Assembly: GCA_047602405.1 (NCBI GenBank)
Contig: JASGHJ010000002.1
Location: forward strand, 480,001 to 544,000
Source: Anaeromyxobacteraceae bacterium
GTDB taxonomy: Bacteria; Myxococcota; Myxococcia; Myxococcales; Anaeromyxobacteraceae
DNA length: 64,000 nucleotides
Direction of reading: 5' to 3'
Both the position numbers and the translations under genes were made by a program. Positions 8,933 to 19,330 of this stretch are shown here, one piece after another. The notes below the pieces were generated by a model, which was not told where the DNA came from, made no database searches, and saw only the letters and a program-made list of their open reading frames with translations. Each line of letters begins with the position of its first letter. The first letter of the stretch is position 1.

Positions 8933-9322
8933 ATGACGAAGCCGACGCTGGGCGACCAGGAGCTCAACCTCCTCCGGCACGTGGCCGAGGCCGGCCCCCT
9001 CACCGTGGGCCAGGCCGCCGACGGGTTCGGGGAGCGAAATGGCCTCGCGCGCTCCACCGTACTCACCGTGATGGAGCGGCTCCGGCAGAAGGGCTACCTG
9101 ACCCGGCGCCGGGTCGAGGGCGTCTACCAGTACCGCTCGGTCGAGGGGGCGGACGCGCTCCTCCGCGGCGTCGTGGGCGAGTTCGTCGAGCGGACGCTCG
9201 CCGGGTCGGTGTCCCCGTTCGTCGCGTGGCTCGCCGAGGCGGGGGAAGACGTGTCGAAGGAGGACCTCGACCGCCTCGAGGCCCTGGTGCGGCAGCTCCG
9301 GGAGAAGGGGGAGAAGCCGTGA
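8933..9322 (+). CDS. BlaI/MecI/CopY family transcriptional repressor
   Basis: LGDQELNLL..GPLTV..LARSTVLTVMERLRQKGYLTRR..YQY..FVERTLAGS. Confidence 0.93.
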   Translation: MTKPTLGDQELNLLRHVAEAGPLTVGQAADGFGERNGLARSTVLTVMERLRQKGYLTRRRVEGVYQYRSVEGADALLRGVVGEFVERTLAGSVSPFVAWLAEAGEDVSKEDLDRLEALVRQLREKGEKP

Positions 9323-11215
9323 CCGCGCTCGTCGACCTGCTCCTCCGGGCCTCGCTCGCGGGCGCCCCCTTCGCGCTGCTCGCGCTCGCGGCGGCGCGGT
9401 TCCTGCCGCGCCTCCCCGCCGCGCTCCGCGCCGGGCTCGTCTGGCTCGCGTGCGCGCGGTTCCTCGCCGCGCTCGCACCGCTGCCCGCGGTCGAGCTCAG
9501 GGTGCTGCCGGGGGCGGTCCGGGACGCTCATCCTTCGACTTCGCTGCTTCGCAGCTCCGCTCAGGATGAGCGGGGAGCGGTCCGTTCTCTGGCTCGCGCT
9601 CCCGATCTCGCTCCCGCTCCCAATCCCAATCTCGCTCCCGTTCCCGATTCTCGCTCCCAATCCCGCTCCCGCTCCCGCTCCCGTTCCCACTCCCGCTCCG
9701 CCCACGCCCGACGTCCGCAGCGTCCTCGGCGCCCTCTGGCTCCTCGGCGCGGCGGCGGCGGCGTGGCGCCTCGCCCGCGGCGCACGGGGGGTTCGCGGGC
9801 TCGTGGCGCGCGCGACGCCGCTCCCGCCCGGCCACCCCGCGCACGCGGCGCTCGCCGCGCTGGGCAGGTCGACCCGGCTCCGCCTGCCGCGGCTCGCGCG
9901 CTCCGGCGAGATCCGCGCGCCGCTGTGCGCGGGCCTCCTCGATCCGGTCATCCTGCTCCCGGACTGGCCGCTCCCTCCCCGCGCCCTGCGGCTCGTCCTC
10001 GCGCACGAGCTCGGCCACCTCCGCCGCCTCGACCTCTGGCTCGCGTGGGTGCCCGCGCTCGCGGAGCTCGCGCTCTGGTTCCACCCGCTCGTCCGGCTCG
10101 CCGCGCGCGAGCACGCGCAGGCGCGCGAGGAGGCCTGCGACGCCCTCGCGCTCGAGCTCACCGGCGACGCGCCGGCCGACTACGGCCCGCTGCTCGTCGC
10201 CTTCGGCACGGGCCACCCCCGGCTCGCGCTCGCCGCGGCGGCCGGCGCTCCCCACGTCCGCCAGCTGGAGAGGAGACTCAGGATGCTGTCGTCCCACGGA
10301 ACGAAGGCCGCCCGCCGCGCGCGCTGGCTCGGCGCGGTGGTGCTCGCCGCGATCGCCCCCGCGCTCGTGCCGTTCGCGCTGGCCCAGGCGCCCGCGCCGC
10401 AGCCCCCGGCCCCGCCAGCGCCCGCCCCGGCGGCGCGCGCACCGCTGCCGCCCGCGCCCGCGGCCCCCGCCGCGGCGGTGCCGGCCGCGCCCGCGACGCC
10501 CGCCGCGCCGCCCGCCCGCCCCGGCCGCGTCGCCCGGGCTGCCCCGCTGCCGCCCGCGCCGCCGGCACCTCCGGCGCCCCGCGCCGGGAAGGTGCCGCCG
10601 CCCCCGCCCGCGCCCGCCGCGCCCATCCCGCCCGACGACGGCGAGTTCCTCGTCCTGCGGGACGGGAAGTCGAGCATCGTCGCGAACGGCGCCAACGTGA
10701 ACGTGAGCTCGTCGAACGGGGTCCTGCACCTCAGCGTCGGCGACCGCGACGTCGTCCGCACGCTCACGGCGCCCTACGTCGCGTTCGGGCGGGACGGCAA
10801 GGCCTGGGTGGTGACGGATCCGGCCGAGGTGGCGCGCCTGCGCAAGCTCTACGAGGGCATCCACGACGAGGAGATGGACCGCGCCTCGGCGGAGATGACG
10901 AAGCTCGGCGCCGAGCAGTCGAGGCTCGGCGACGAGCAGTCCAGGCTCGGCGAGCGGCAGGGCGAGCTCGGGCGGAGGATGGGCGCCGGTCACGAGGACC
11001 TCGACGCCCTCGGCAAGCAGATGGACCAGCTCGGCGCGCAGATGGACGTCCTGGGCGGCCAGATGGACGCCATCGGGGAGAAGATGGACGCCGTCGGGAA
11101 GCGCATGGACGCGGCCGGCAAGCGCATCGAGGCCCGCGCCCACGCGGCGGACGAGGCCTCGCGGAAGCTGCGCGACGAGTGGATCCAGCGCGGCGTCGCG
11201 AAGCCGCTGGAGTGA
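9319..11215 (+). pseudogene. M56 family (BlaR1/MecR1-like) peptidase, frameshifted at ~9648 (possibly assembly error)
   Basis: GTG overlaps the repressor stop; N-terminal TM segments in one frame, LAHELGHLRRLD..WFHPL..REEACD in the next; GATTCTC has one extra T relative to the GATCTC repeat. Confidence 0.85.
9525..9572. repeat. REP-like palindrome embedded in the M56 coding sequence
   Basis: CGCTCATCC-TTCGACTTCGCTGCTTCGCAGCTCCGCTCA-GGATGAGCG; related units at 25202-25253 and 38874-38920. Confidence 0.75.
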
Positions 11216-11476
11216 TCAGCGCCGTTCGCGCTGCGGCTGCCCGCCCGGCTGGCTCCGGGCGGGCAGCACGAAGAACGGCAGGAAGGCGAGCAGCACCAGC
11301 ACCGCGAGCTCGCCCCAGCCGACCCGCCGGGCGAGGACCCCGATCGCGAGCACGATCCCGACGGTCAGGAACCAGAGCCGCCCACGGCGCCACCGCCCGC
11401 TCCGGAGCAGCCACGCGAACGTGACCGCCGAGAGCAGGAGCGCGACGAGCGTCAGGAGCGCGGGACGACCCCACAT
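11216..11476 (-). CDS. Small membrane protein (~3 TM), unknown function
   Basis: 86-aa ORF with three hydrophobic stretches. Confidence 0.7.
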   Translation of the reverse strand: MWGRPALLTLVALLLSAVTFAWLLRSGRWRRGRLWFLTVGIVLAIGVLARRVGWGELAVLVLLAFLPFFVLPARSQPGGQPQRERR

Positions 11477-11494
11477 GCGGCCGATGGTAGTCCA

Positions 11495-11719
11495 TCACCG
11501 GCGCCCGACCCAGCGCGCCGGTTGCGCCTGGGGATCGGGCTCGGAGGCCGACCCGTGCCGCGCGAGCCTCCCGGCCGGCCCCACCACGCCCTCCATGAAG
11601 AGTGACCAGAGGGCCACCCACACGACCGACAGGAGCAGGCCCGCCAGCCACTCCTCCCGCACGTCCTGCCAGAGCCCCCGTGGGGGCGGTGCGCTACGCT
11701 TCGCGATTTGAGAGTTCAT
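11495..11719 (-). CDS. Small single-TM hypothetical protein
   Basis: AGGAG upstream of ATG; WLAGLLLSVVWVALWSLF; divergent from LysR. Confidence 0.6.
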   Translation of the reverse strand: MNSQIAKRSAPPPRGLWQDVREEWLAGLLLSVVWVALWSLFMEGVVGPAGRLARHGSASEPDPQAQPARWVGRR

Positions 11720-11785
11720 GACGTCCACTCCTTCTCCTCGCGCGGCCCGCCCGTCGGGCCGCGGCGACGGATTCGAGGTGTACCG

Positions 11786-12727
11786 ATGCCGAAGGCCGTC
11801 CGGAACGCGCAGGCGAGCGCCGCCCCCGCGCAGCAACGCGCGGCCTCCATGGACTGGGGGCACCTGCGGTTCTTCCTCGAGATGGCGCGCACCGGCAGCC
11901 TCTCGAAGGCGGCGCGGCGGCTCGCGGTCGACCGGAACACCGTGGCCCGCCGGGTGGCCGCCCTCGAGGACGCGCTCGGCCTCACGCTGTTCGAGCGCGG
12001 GCCGCTCGGCTGGACCCGGACCGCGGCGGGGGAGGAGCTCGCGGAGCTCGCCTCTCGCGTCGAGGCCGACGTGCTCGCGCTCGCGCTCCACGCCGGGGCG
12101 CGGGATCGCGCGCTGACCGGGGCGGTGCGCCTCACCACCACGATGCACCTCACCACCTACCTCCTCACGCCGGCCGTGCCGCGCCTGCGGGAGCGCCACC
12201 CGGGGCTCGTGCTCGAGATCGCCGCCGACGCGCGCGCGTTCGACCTCACCCGGCGCGAGGCGGACCTCGCGCTGCGCATGGGCCGGCCGCAGGCGCCCGG
12301 GCTCGTGACGCGCAAGCTCTCCCCGATCCAGTTCCGGTTCTACGCGGCGAGGTCGCTCGTCGGGAGCCGCCGCACCGTCGACCTCGCGAGGGACCCGTTC
12401 GTCGGCTTCGAGGAGAGCCTCGTGCAGACGCCGCAGGAGAGCTGGTTCGCGCGCACGGCGCCGGAGCGGCGGGTGGTGTTCCGCTGCAACTCCACCGCCG
12501 CGCTCGCCGCGGCGGCGCGCGCCGGCGTGGGGGTCGGGCTGCTCCCCTGCTTCGTCGCCGAGCCCGACCCGGACCTCGTGGCGCTCGACGGCCCGCCCGC
12601 GCCGGACCACGAGCTGTGGCTGCTCGTGCACGGCGAGCTGCGCCGTTCACCACCCGTACGCGCGATCATCGAGTGGGTCGACGAGCTCGTCGCGCGGGCC
12701 CGGCCGCTGCTCGTGCCGGGCCGCTGA
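11786..12727 (+). CDS. LysR family transcriptional regulator
   Basis: MDWGHLRFFLEMARTGSLSKAARRL...TVARRV..LE..LG..LFER; DLTRREADLALR. Confidence 0.95.
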   Translation: MPKAVRNAQASAAPAQQRAASMDWGHLRFFLEMARTGSLSKAARRLAVDRNTVARRVAALEDALGLTLFERGPLGWTRTAAGEELAELASRVEADVLALALHAGARDRALTGAVRLTTTMHLTTYLLTPAVPRLRERHPGLVLEIAADARAFDLTRREADLALRMGRPQAPGLVTRKLSPIQFRFYAARSLVGSRRTVDLARDPFVGFEESLVQTPQESWFARTAPERRVVFRCNSTAALAAAARAGVGVGLLPCFVAEPDPDLVALDGPPAPDHELWLLVHGELRRSPPVRAIIEWVDELVARARPLLVPGR

Positions 12728-12851
12728 GGCGCCGGGGGTCGTCTCGCGGGAACATGTCCTGTCCGGCGGTGTTCAGGTGTCAGGATCTGCGGCAAGCTGC
12801 CGCAAGCGTTCTGGCTCGACACCACGCACCCACTGGACGAAGGCTCCCCGA

Positions 12852-13511
12852 ATGCCGAGACGCCTCCTGACGCTGCTCTGCTGCCTCGCCGCGGCGGCCC
12901 CCGTCCTCGCCCGCGCCGGCGAGCTGCTCGACGACGCGCTCACGCCCCCGCTCGCCGCGCCCGACCTGACCGCGCGCGCGGAGGACGGCAAGGCCGCGCA
13001 GCCCGCGCCGGGTGGGCTCGACTTCGACCTCCTCGGCGAGGCGAAGCCGCCGCCCGACGCGCCCGACGCGGAGGACCTCCGCCTGCGCCGCAAGCTCCTC
13101 ACCTGGCACCAGGGGCTCGGGCTCGGACTCCTCGGCCTCGAGCTCGCCACGACCGCCGTGGGGCAGCTCAACTACCGCGACAAGTTCGGGACGCCGGCGA
13201 ACACCGGGAAGTGGCGCGCTCCTCACGCCGTGCTCGCGTACGCGACCGCCGCGGCCTTCGCGGTGAACGCCGGGTTTGCCCTCGCCGCGCCCGCGCCGGT
13301 GAAGCGCGAGTGGAAGCTCGATCGCGTCATGGTCCACCGGATCGCGCTCTTCACCGCCTCGGCCGGCATGCTCACCCAGGTGGGCCTGGGCATCTACACC
13401 GCGTCGCGCGAGGGCTACGTGAACCAGCGCCAGATGGCGAGGACCCACCTCTACGTCGGCTACGGCACGCTCGCGGCCATCCTCACGGGCGTCGGCGTCA
13501 TCGTCTTCTAG
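12852..13511 (+). CDS. Signal peptide + 4-TM membrane protein with His in TM helices (cytochrome b-like?)
   Basis: WHQ, PHA, VHR, THL each precede a hydrophobic helix. Confidence 0.6.
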   Translation: MPRRLLTLLCCLAAAAPVLARAGELLDDALTPPLAAPDLTARAEDGKAAQPAPGGLDFDLLGEAKPPPDAPDAEDLRLRRKLLTWHQGLGLGLLGLELATTAVGQLNYRDKFGTPANTGKWRAPHAVLAYATAAAFAVNAGFALAAPAPVKREWKLDRVMVHRIALFTASAGMLTQVGLGIYTASREGYVNQRQMARTHLYVGYGTLAAILTGVGVIVF

Positions 13512-13521
13512 GAGGCCCGCC

Positions 13522-14085
13522 ATGATCCCCCTCGCCGCAGCCCTCCTCCTCGCCACCGCCCCCGCCGCCGCCCGCGCGCTCGCCGTCCAGCCCGGGGCGA
13601 GCAGCGTGTCCTACCAGATCATCCACAAGCTCCACGAGGTGGAGGCCCGCGCGACGAGGCTCGAGGGCAAGGCCGTCGTCCAGCCGGACGGCAAGGTCCT
13701 CGCGATGGTCCGCGTCCCGGTGGCCTCCTTCGACTCCGGCGACGCGAACCGCGACGCCCACATGCAGGAGGCGACCGAGGCCGGCCGCTTCCCGTTCGCC
13801 GTCGTGAAGGGCATCGCCGCGCTGCCGGTGGGGGCCCTCGACGGCGGCCGGCCCTCGACGCTCGCGACGACCCTCGCCGGCGAGCTCGACTTCCACGGCG
13901 TGAAGCGGCCGCTCTCGGTCCCGCTCACCGTGTCCCTCGACGCGGGCGGGGTGGTGAGGGTGAGGGGAGCGTTCATGGTGAGCCTCGACGCCCACGACGT
14001 CGAACGGCCCTCGCTGCTCTTCGTGAAGGTGGACGACGCCTGCAAGATCACCCTCGACCTCACGCTCGCGGAGGTGCGGCCGTGA
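13522..14085 (+). CDS. YceI family protein
   Basis: [39 protein letters not shown]. Confidence 0.9.
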   Translation: MIPLAAALLLATAPAAARALAVQPGASSVSYQIIHKLHEVEARATRLEGKAVVQPDGKVLAMVRVPVASFDSGDANRDAHMQEATEAGRFPFAVVKGIAALPVGALDGGRPSTLATTLAGELDFHGVKRPLSVPLTVSLDAGGVVRVRGAFMVSLDAHDVERPSLLFVKVDDACKITLDLTLAEVRP

Positions 14086-14510
14086 AGGCGCTCCTCGTGG
14101 TGGCGGCGGCGCTCGCGGCCGCGGGCTGCACGATGGAGGAGGGGCCGCTCATGGAGCCGGGCAGCGACTGCCTGCGGTGCCACGGCGGCGGTGGGGGCGG
14201 CGGCGAAGAGGAGGGCGGCCCGGCCTGGTCGTTCGCCGGCACCGTCTACCCGGGCGGGAAGGGCGTGCAGGGCGTGACCATCTCGGTGCGCGACGCGAAC
14301 GGCAAGACCGTCTCCGTGCGCTCCAACGAGGCGGGCAACTTCTACTCCGCCGAGAAGCTGCAGCCGCCGGTCACGATCTGGATGAGCTGGGGCGGCGCCG
14401 TCCGCCAGATGCCGGCGCTCACCGGCGCCGACGTCGCGCGCTTCGGCCGCTGCAACGCGTGCCACCGGCCGGGCGGCGACGCGGAGGAGTACCTCGCGCC
14501 GCCGAACTGA
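14082..14510 (+). CDS. Diheme c-type cytochrome lipoprotein with carboxypeptidase-regulatory-like domain
   Basis: Lipobox [22 protein letters not shown]. Confidence 0.8.
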   Translation: MKALLVVAAALAAAGCTMEEGPLMEPGSDCLRCHGGGGGGGEEEGGPAWSFAGTVYPGGKGVQGVTISVRDANGKTVSVRSNEAGNFYSAEKLQPPVTIWMSWGGAVRQMPALTGADVARFGRCNACHRPGGDAEEYLAPPN

Positions 14511-14575
14511 ACGGACCCGTCAGGGGCGCGCTCCCCGGTTGGGTAAGAGTCCGTTCGGGCTTACAGTCCCCCCCC

Positions 14576-14953
14576 GTGACGCTGCTCCGCGTGCTCGTCG
14601 TCGACGACCACCCCGACGCGGTGGAGTCGCTCGGGGAGCTCCTCGAGCTCGAGGGCCACCGCGTGCTCCAGGCCCGCGACGGCCGGAGCGCGCTCGCGCT
14701 CCTCGAGGCCGAGCGCCCCGACGCGCTCGTGTGCGACCTCGGGCTCCCGGATCTCTCCGGGCACGAGGTCATCCGCGTCGCGCGGGAGCAGGGCTTCGCT
14801 CCCCGGGTGGCGGTGTCGATGAGCGGGTACGCGGGGCCGGAGGACGAGGCCCGCGCGCTCGCCGCCGGGTTCGCCGCGCACTTCCAGAAGCCGGGCTGCG
14901 CGGACCTCATCGCGCACCTCGCGTCCGCGGCCCGGGAAGCTAGTCTCCCGCGC
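14576..14953 (+). CDS. Response-regulator receiver domain, reading in frame into hutU without a stop
   Basis: [29 protein letters not shown]. Confidence 0.8.
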
Positions 14954-16645
14954 GTGAACGCACCGACCGATCCGATCCGGGCCCCCCGGGGCACCGAGCG
15001 CACGTGCCGCGGCTGGCCGCAGGAGGCCGCGCTGCGGATGCTCATGAACAACCTCGACCCCGAGGTCGCCGAGCGGCCGGCCGACCTCGTGGTCTACGGC
15101 GGCGGCGGCAAGGCCGCCCGCGACTGGACGAGCTACCACCGCATCGTCGAGACGCTGCGCCGGCTGGGCGACGACGAGACGCTCGTCGTCCAGAGCGGGA
15201 AGCCGGTGGCCGTGTTCCGGACCCACGAGGACGCGCCGCGCGTCCTGCTCGCGAACGCGAACCTCGTCCCCCGCTGGGCGACCTGGGACGAGTTCCGCCG
15301 CCTCGACGCGCTCGGCCTCACGATGTACGGCCAGATGACGGCCGGCTCGTGGATTTACATCGGCTCGCAGGGGATCCTGCAGGGCACCTACGAGACCTTC
15401 GCCGCGTGCGCGCGGCGCCACTTCGGCGGCACCCTCGCCGGGCGGCTCGTCGTGACCGGCGGGCTCGGCGGCATGGGCGGGGCCCAGCCGCTCGCGGCCA
15501 CCATGAACGGCGCCGCGTTCCTCGGCGTCGACGTCGACCCCACCCGCATCGCGCGGCGGGTCGAGACCGGCTACTGCGACGTGCAGTGCGAGCGGCTCGA
15601 CGAGGCGCTCGAGCTCGTGCTCCGGGCGAAGGCGGAGCGGCGGGCGCTCTCGGTGGGGCTCGTCGGCAACGTGGCCGAGGTCGTGCCCGAGCTCGCCCGC
15701 CGCGGGATCGTCCCCGACGTGCTCACCGACCAGACGAGCGCGCACGACCTCCGCGTCGGGTACGTGCCGGCCGGCCTGACCCTGCCGGCGGCCGCGAAGC
15801 TGCGCGAGGCGGACCCGGCCGGCTACGAGGCGCGCGTGCTCGACTCGATGCAGGCGCACGTCGCCGGGATGCTCGCCCTCCAGAAGCAGGGCGCCGTCAC
15901 CTTCGACTACGGCAACAACCTGCGCGGGCAGGTGGCCGACCGCCGCGGCATGAAGGAGGCGTTCGAGATCCCGGGCTTCGTGCCGGAGTACATCCGGCCG
16001 CTCTTCTGCAAGGGTGCGGGGCCGTTCCGCTGGGCCGCGCTCTCCGGCGATCCCGCCGACATCGCCGTCACGGACGACGAGGTGCTCGCCGCGTTCCCCG
16101 ACAACGAGCCCCTCGCGCGCTGGATCCGCCACGCCCGCGAGAAGGTCCACTTCCAGGGGCTGCCCGCGCGCATCTGCTGGCTCGAGTACGGCGAGCGGGC
16201 GGAGATGGGGCTGCGCTTCAACCGGCTCGTGCGCACCGGCAAGGTGAAGGCGCCGATCGTCATCGGCCGCGACCACCTCGACGCGGGCTCGGTCGCCTCG
16301 CCGAACCGCGAGACCGAGGCCATGCGCGACGGCTCGGACGCGATCGCCGACTGGCCGCTCCTCAACGCGCTCCTCAACACCGCCTGCGGCGCTTCCTGGG
16401 TCTCGATCCACCACGGCGGCGGCGTCGGCATCGGCTACTCGCTCCACGCCGGCATGGTGATCGTCGCGGACGGCACCGAGAAGGCCGACCGCCGGCTCGA
16501 GCGCGTGCTCACGGCCGACCCGGGCATGGGCGTCGTGCGCCACGCCGACGCGGGCTACGAGCTCGCGACCGAGGCCGCCCGCGCCCGCGGGATCGACATG
16601 CCGATGCTCGGGACCTCCGGGCCGGCGAGGCCGGCGAGGGGGTAG
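14954..16645 (+). CDS. hutU: Urocanate hydratase
   Basis: [52 protein letters not shown]. Confidence 0.97.
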   Translation: MNAPTDPIRAPRGTERTCRGWPQEAALRMLMNNLDPEVAERPADLVVYGGGGKAARDWTSYHRIVETLRRLGDDETLVVQSGKPVAVFRTHEDAPRVLLANANLVPRWATWDEFRRLDALGLTMYGQMTAGSWIYIGSQGILQGTYETFAACARRHFGGTLAGRLVVTGGLGGMGGAQPLAATMNGAAFLGVDVDPTRIARRVETGYCDVQCERLDEALELVLRAKAERRALSVGLVGNVAEVVPELARRGIVPDVLTDQTSAHDLRVGYVPAGLTLPAAAKLREADPAGYEARVLDSMQAHVAGMLALQKQGAVTFDYGNNLRGQVADRRGMKEAFEIPGFVPEYIRPLFCKGAGPFRWAALSGDPADIAVTDDEVLAAFPDNEPLARWIRHAREKVHFQGLPARICWLEYGERAEMGLRFNRLVRTGKVKAPIVIGRDHLDAGSVASPNRETEAMRDGSDAIADWPLLNALLNTACGASWVSIHHGGGVGIGYSLHAGMVIVADGTEKADRRLERVLTADPGMGVVRHADAGYELATEAARARGIDMPMLGTSGPARPARG

Positions 16646-16650
16646 GGCGG

Positions 16651-17862
16651 GTGACCGTCCTCGCGAACATCGGCGTCCTCGAGACCTGCGCGCCGGGCGC
16701 CGGCCCGGTGGAGCGCGCCGCGGTCGCGTTCCGGGACGGGGTCGTGCGCTTCGCCGGCCCCGAGGCGGCGCTGCCGGCGGAGTTCGCCGCGGACGCGCGG
16801 TGGGACGCGGGCGGGCGGCTCGTCGTCCCCGGCCTCGTCGACTGCCACACCCACGTCGTGTTCGGGGGCTGGCGCGCCGACGAGTTCGACGCGCGCCTGC
16901 GCGGCGCGACGTACCAGGAGCTCGCGGCCCGCGGCGGCGGCATCGCCGCCACCGTGCGCCAGACCGCGGCGCTCGACGACGCGGCGCTCGCCGCGCGGGC
17001 GCGCGGGTTCCTCGCCGGCATGTCGGCGCTCGGTGTCACCACCGCCGAGTCGAAGAGCGGCTACGGCCTCGCGCCCGACGCGGAGCTCCGGCTCCTCGGG
17101 GTGATGCGCACCCTCGCGGCGGACGCGCCGGTGCGGCTCGTCCCGACCCTGCTCGCCCACGTGGTGCCCGCCGACGAGCGCGCGCCCGACCGGCGCGCGG
17201 CGTACGTCCGGAGCTTCGCGGAGGAGCTCGTGCCGCGGGTCGCCCGGGCAGGCCTCGCCGCCGCGTGCGACGTCTACGTCGACGACGGCGCGTTCTCGGC
17301 CGACGAGGCACGGCGGATCCTCTCCGCCGCGCGCGCGGCGGGGCTCCTCGCGAAGCTGCACGGCGACCAGCACCGGGACGGCGGCGGGGCGGCGCTCGCG
17401 GCGGAGCTCGCCGCCGCGTCGGTGGACCACCTCGAGCACGCGGGCGACGCCGGGATCGAAGCGCTCGCGCGGGCGGGCACCGTCGCCGTGACGCTGCCCA
17501 TCGCCGCCCTGCACCTGCGCTCGCCGTTCGCGCCCGCGCGCCGGCTGCTGGACGCCGGCGTCCCGGTCGCGGTCGCGACCGACTTCAACCCGGGCACGGC
17601 GCCGAGCTACCACCTGCCGCTCGCGATGATGCTCGCCTGCACCGCCCAGCGCATGACGCCGGCGGAGGCGCTGCGCGGCGCGACGATCGTGGCGGCGCGG
17701 GCGCTCGGGCTCGACCGGACGGTGGGCTCGCTCGAGCCGGGCAAGCAGGCCGACCTCGCGGTGCTCGACGCACCCTCGGTCGCGCACTGGCTCTACCACT
17801 TCCGCCCGAACGACTGCGCCCTGACCGTGAAGGGCGGCGAGGTCGTGTGGAGGGCCCCGTGA
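16651..17862 (+). CDS. hutI: Imidazolonepropionase
   Basis: PGLVDCHTH, GGGIAATV, ESKSGYGL, KLHGDQ, SVDHLE, ATDFNPGT. Confidence 0.95.
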   Translation: MTVLANIGVLETCAPGAGPVERAAVAFRDGVVRFAGPEAALPAEFAADARWDAGGRLVVPGLVDCHTHVVFGGWRADEFDARLRGATYQELAARGGGIAATVRQTAALDDAALAARARGFLAGMSALGVTTAESKSGYGLAPDAELRLLGVMRTLAADAPVRLVPTLLAHVVPADERAPDRRAAYVRSFAEELVPRVARAGLAAACDVYVDDGAFSADEARRILSAARAAGLLAKLHGDQHRDGGGAALAAELAAASVDHLEHAGDAGIEALARAGTVAVTLPIAALHLRSPFAPARRLLDAGVPVAVATDFNPGTAPSYHLPLAMMLACTAQRMTPAEALRGATIVAARALGLDRTVGSLEPGKQADLAVLDAPSVAHWLYHFRPNDCALTVKGGEVVWRAP

Positions 17863-18795
17863 ACGCGCTCGTCCCCGCCCGTCCCCCGCTGCCCGCGACC
17901 GCCCCCGACGACCCGCGGGTGGGGCACCTCCTCGGCCGCGACCTCGCGCCCGGCGAGGCGCCGCGGGCCGTGATCCTCGGGTTCCCGACCGATGTGGGCG
18001 TGCGCCGGAACGGCGGGCGGCCCGGCGCCGCGGAGGGCCCGGCCGCGATCCGGCGCCTGCTCTGGAAGCTCACGCCGGACGCCCGGGCCCCGGGGCGCTT
18101 CGGCGCGCTCCTCGGGAAGACGCTCGACGCCGGTGACCTCGCCGTCACCGGCGACCTCGAGGGCGACCAGGCCGCGTTCGGCGAGCACGTCGCCGCGTGG
18201 CTCTCGCGGGGAGCGTTCGTCATCGTGCTCGGCGGCGGGCACGAGACCGGGTACGGCCACTTCCTCGGCCACGCCGGGGCGGGGCAGCGGGTCGACGTGC
18301 TCAACCTCGACGCGCACGCCGACGTCCGCCCGACGAAGGACGGGCTCGGCCACTCCGGCTCCCCGTTCCGCCAGGCGCTCGACCACCCCTCCGGCGCCTG
18401 CGCGCGCTACCGGGTGGCGGGCCTCTTGCCCTGGTCGGCGGCGCGCGCGCACCTCGACCTCGTCACCGCCCGCGGCGGCGACTGGTGGACCGCGGACGCG
18501 CTCGACGCCGCCCTCGTCGAGGAAGCTCTTCGGCGGCCTCGCCGGCCCGGCGATGGTCTCGTTCGACCTCGACGCGGTGGACCAGGCGCACGCGCCGGGC
18601 GTCTCGGCGCCGGCGGCGGCCGGGCTCGGGCCGGCCCGGTGGCTCGAGGCGGCGTTCCTCGCCGGCCGGACGCCGGCGGTCGCCTCCGCCGGGATCGCGG
18701 AGTACGCCCCGCCGCTCGACCGCGACGACGCGGCGGGCCGGGTGGCCGCCGCGACGATCTTCGAGATCCTTCGCGGACTCGCGGCCCGCGGCTGA
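17859..18795 (+). pseudogene. hutG: Formimidoylglutamase (arginase family), frameshifted at ~18521 (possibly assembly error)
   Basis: GVRRNGGRPGAAEGP, LGGGHE, NLDAHADVR in one frame; SFDLDA..APGVSAP, EYAP in the next. Confidence 0.88.
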
Positions 18796-18850
18796 GCGCC
18801 GCAGGGCCGCGTCTTCACCGCGGCCGCCGAACCGGCTATCTCCTGGGTCG

Positions 18851-19330
18851 ATGGAGACGGGGACCGTCAGGTGGTTCGACGACAACCGGGGCATGGGCCA
18901 CATCCGCCCGGACTCCGGCGGCGAGGACGTCTTCGTCCACCACACCCACATCCACGCCGACGGCTGCTTCAAGGCGGTGGGTGAGGGGCAGCGGGTCGAG
19001 TACGTCCACTCGGCGGGCCCGGACGGCGTGCCCTGGGCGCTCGACGTCCGGCGGGTCTTCGGCGAGGACGGCTTCGTCGTCACGGTGCTGTGCGGGGACG
19101 CGGTGCAGGTCAGGACCGCGGCCTGGGGCCGCCCGAACCTCGAGCGGATGGCCGAGAAGCTCCGGGCGTTCGGCGAGGTGAAGGGCGGGCCTTGCCTGGT
19201 CCGGCTGCGGGCGCCGCCGCACGAGCTGACCGTCTTCGACGACGGGCGGGCCATCGTGAAGGGCACCGGCGAGGAGGACGAGGCGCGCCGGCTCGTGTCC
19301 ACGTGGCTCGGCATCCGGCTGCCGTCGTGA
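18851..19330 (+). CDS. Cold-shock domain fused to a MoeB/ThiF C-terminal-like domain
   Basis: TGTVRWFD..GMGHI..DVFVHH (CSD), then LCG.DAVQV...LTVFDDGRAIVKGT..EARRL..WLG. Confidence 0.8.
   Translation: METGTVRWFDDNRGMGHIRPDSGGEDVFVHHTHIHADGCFKAVGEGQRVEYVHSAGPDGVPWALDVRRVFGEDGFVVTVLCGDAVQVRTAAWGRPNLERMAEKLRAFGEVKGGPCLVRLRAPPHELTVFDDGRAIVKGTGEEDEARRLVSTWLGIRLPS

Noticed and set aside
14954..18795. hutH and hutC missing from the hut cluster
   Set aside because: Split hut loci are common; cannot be judged from one window
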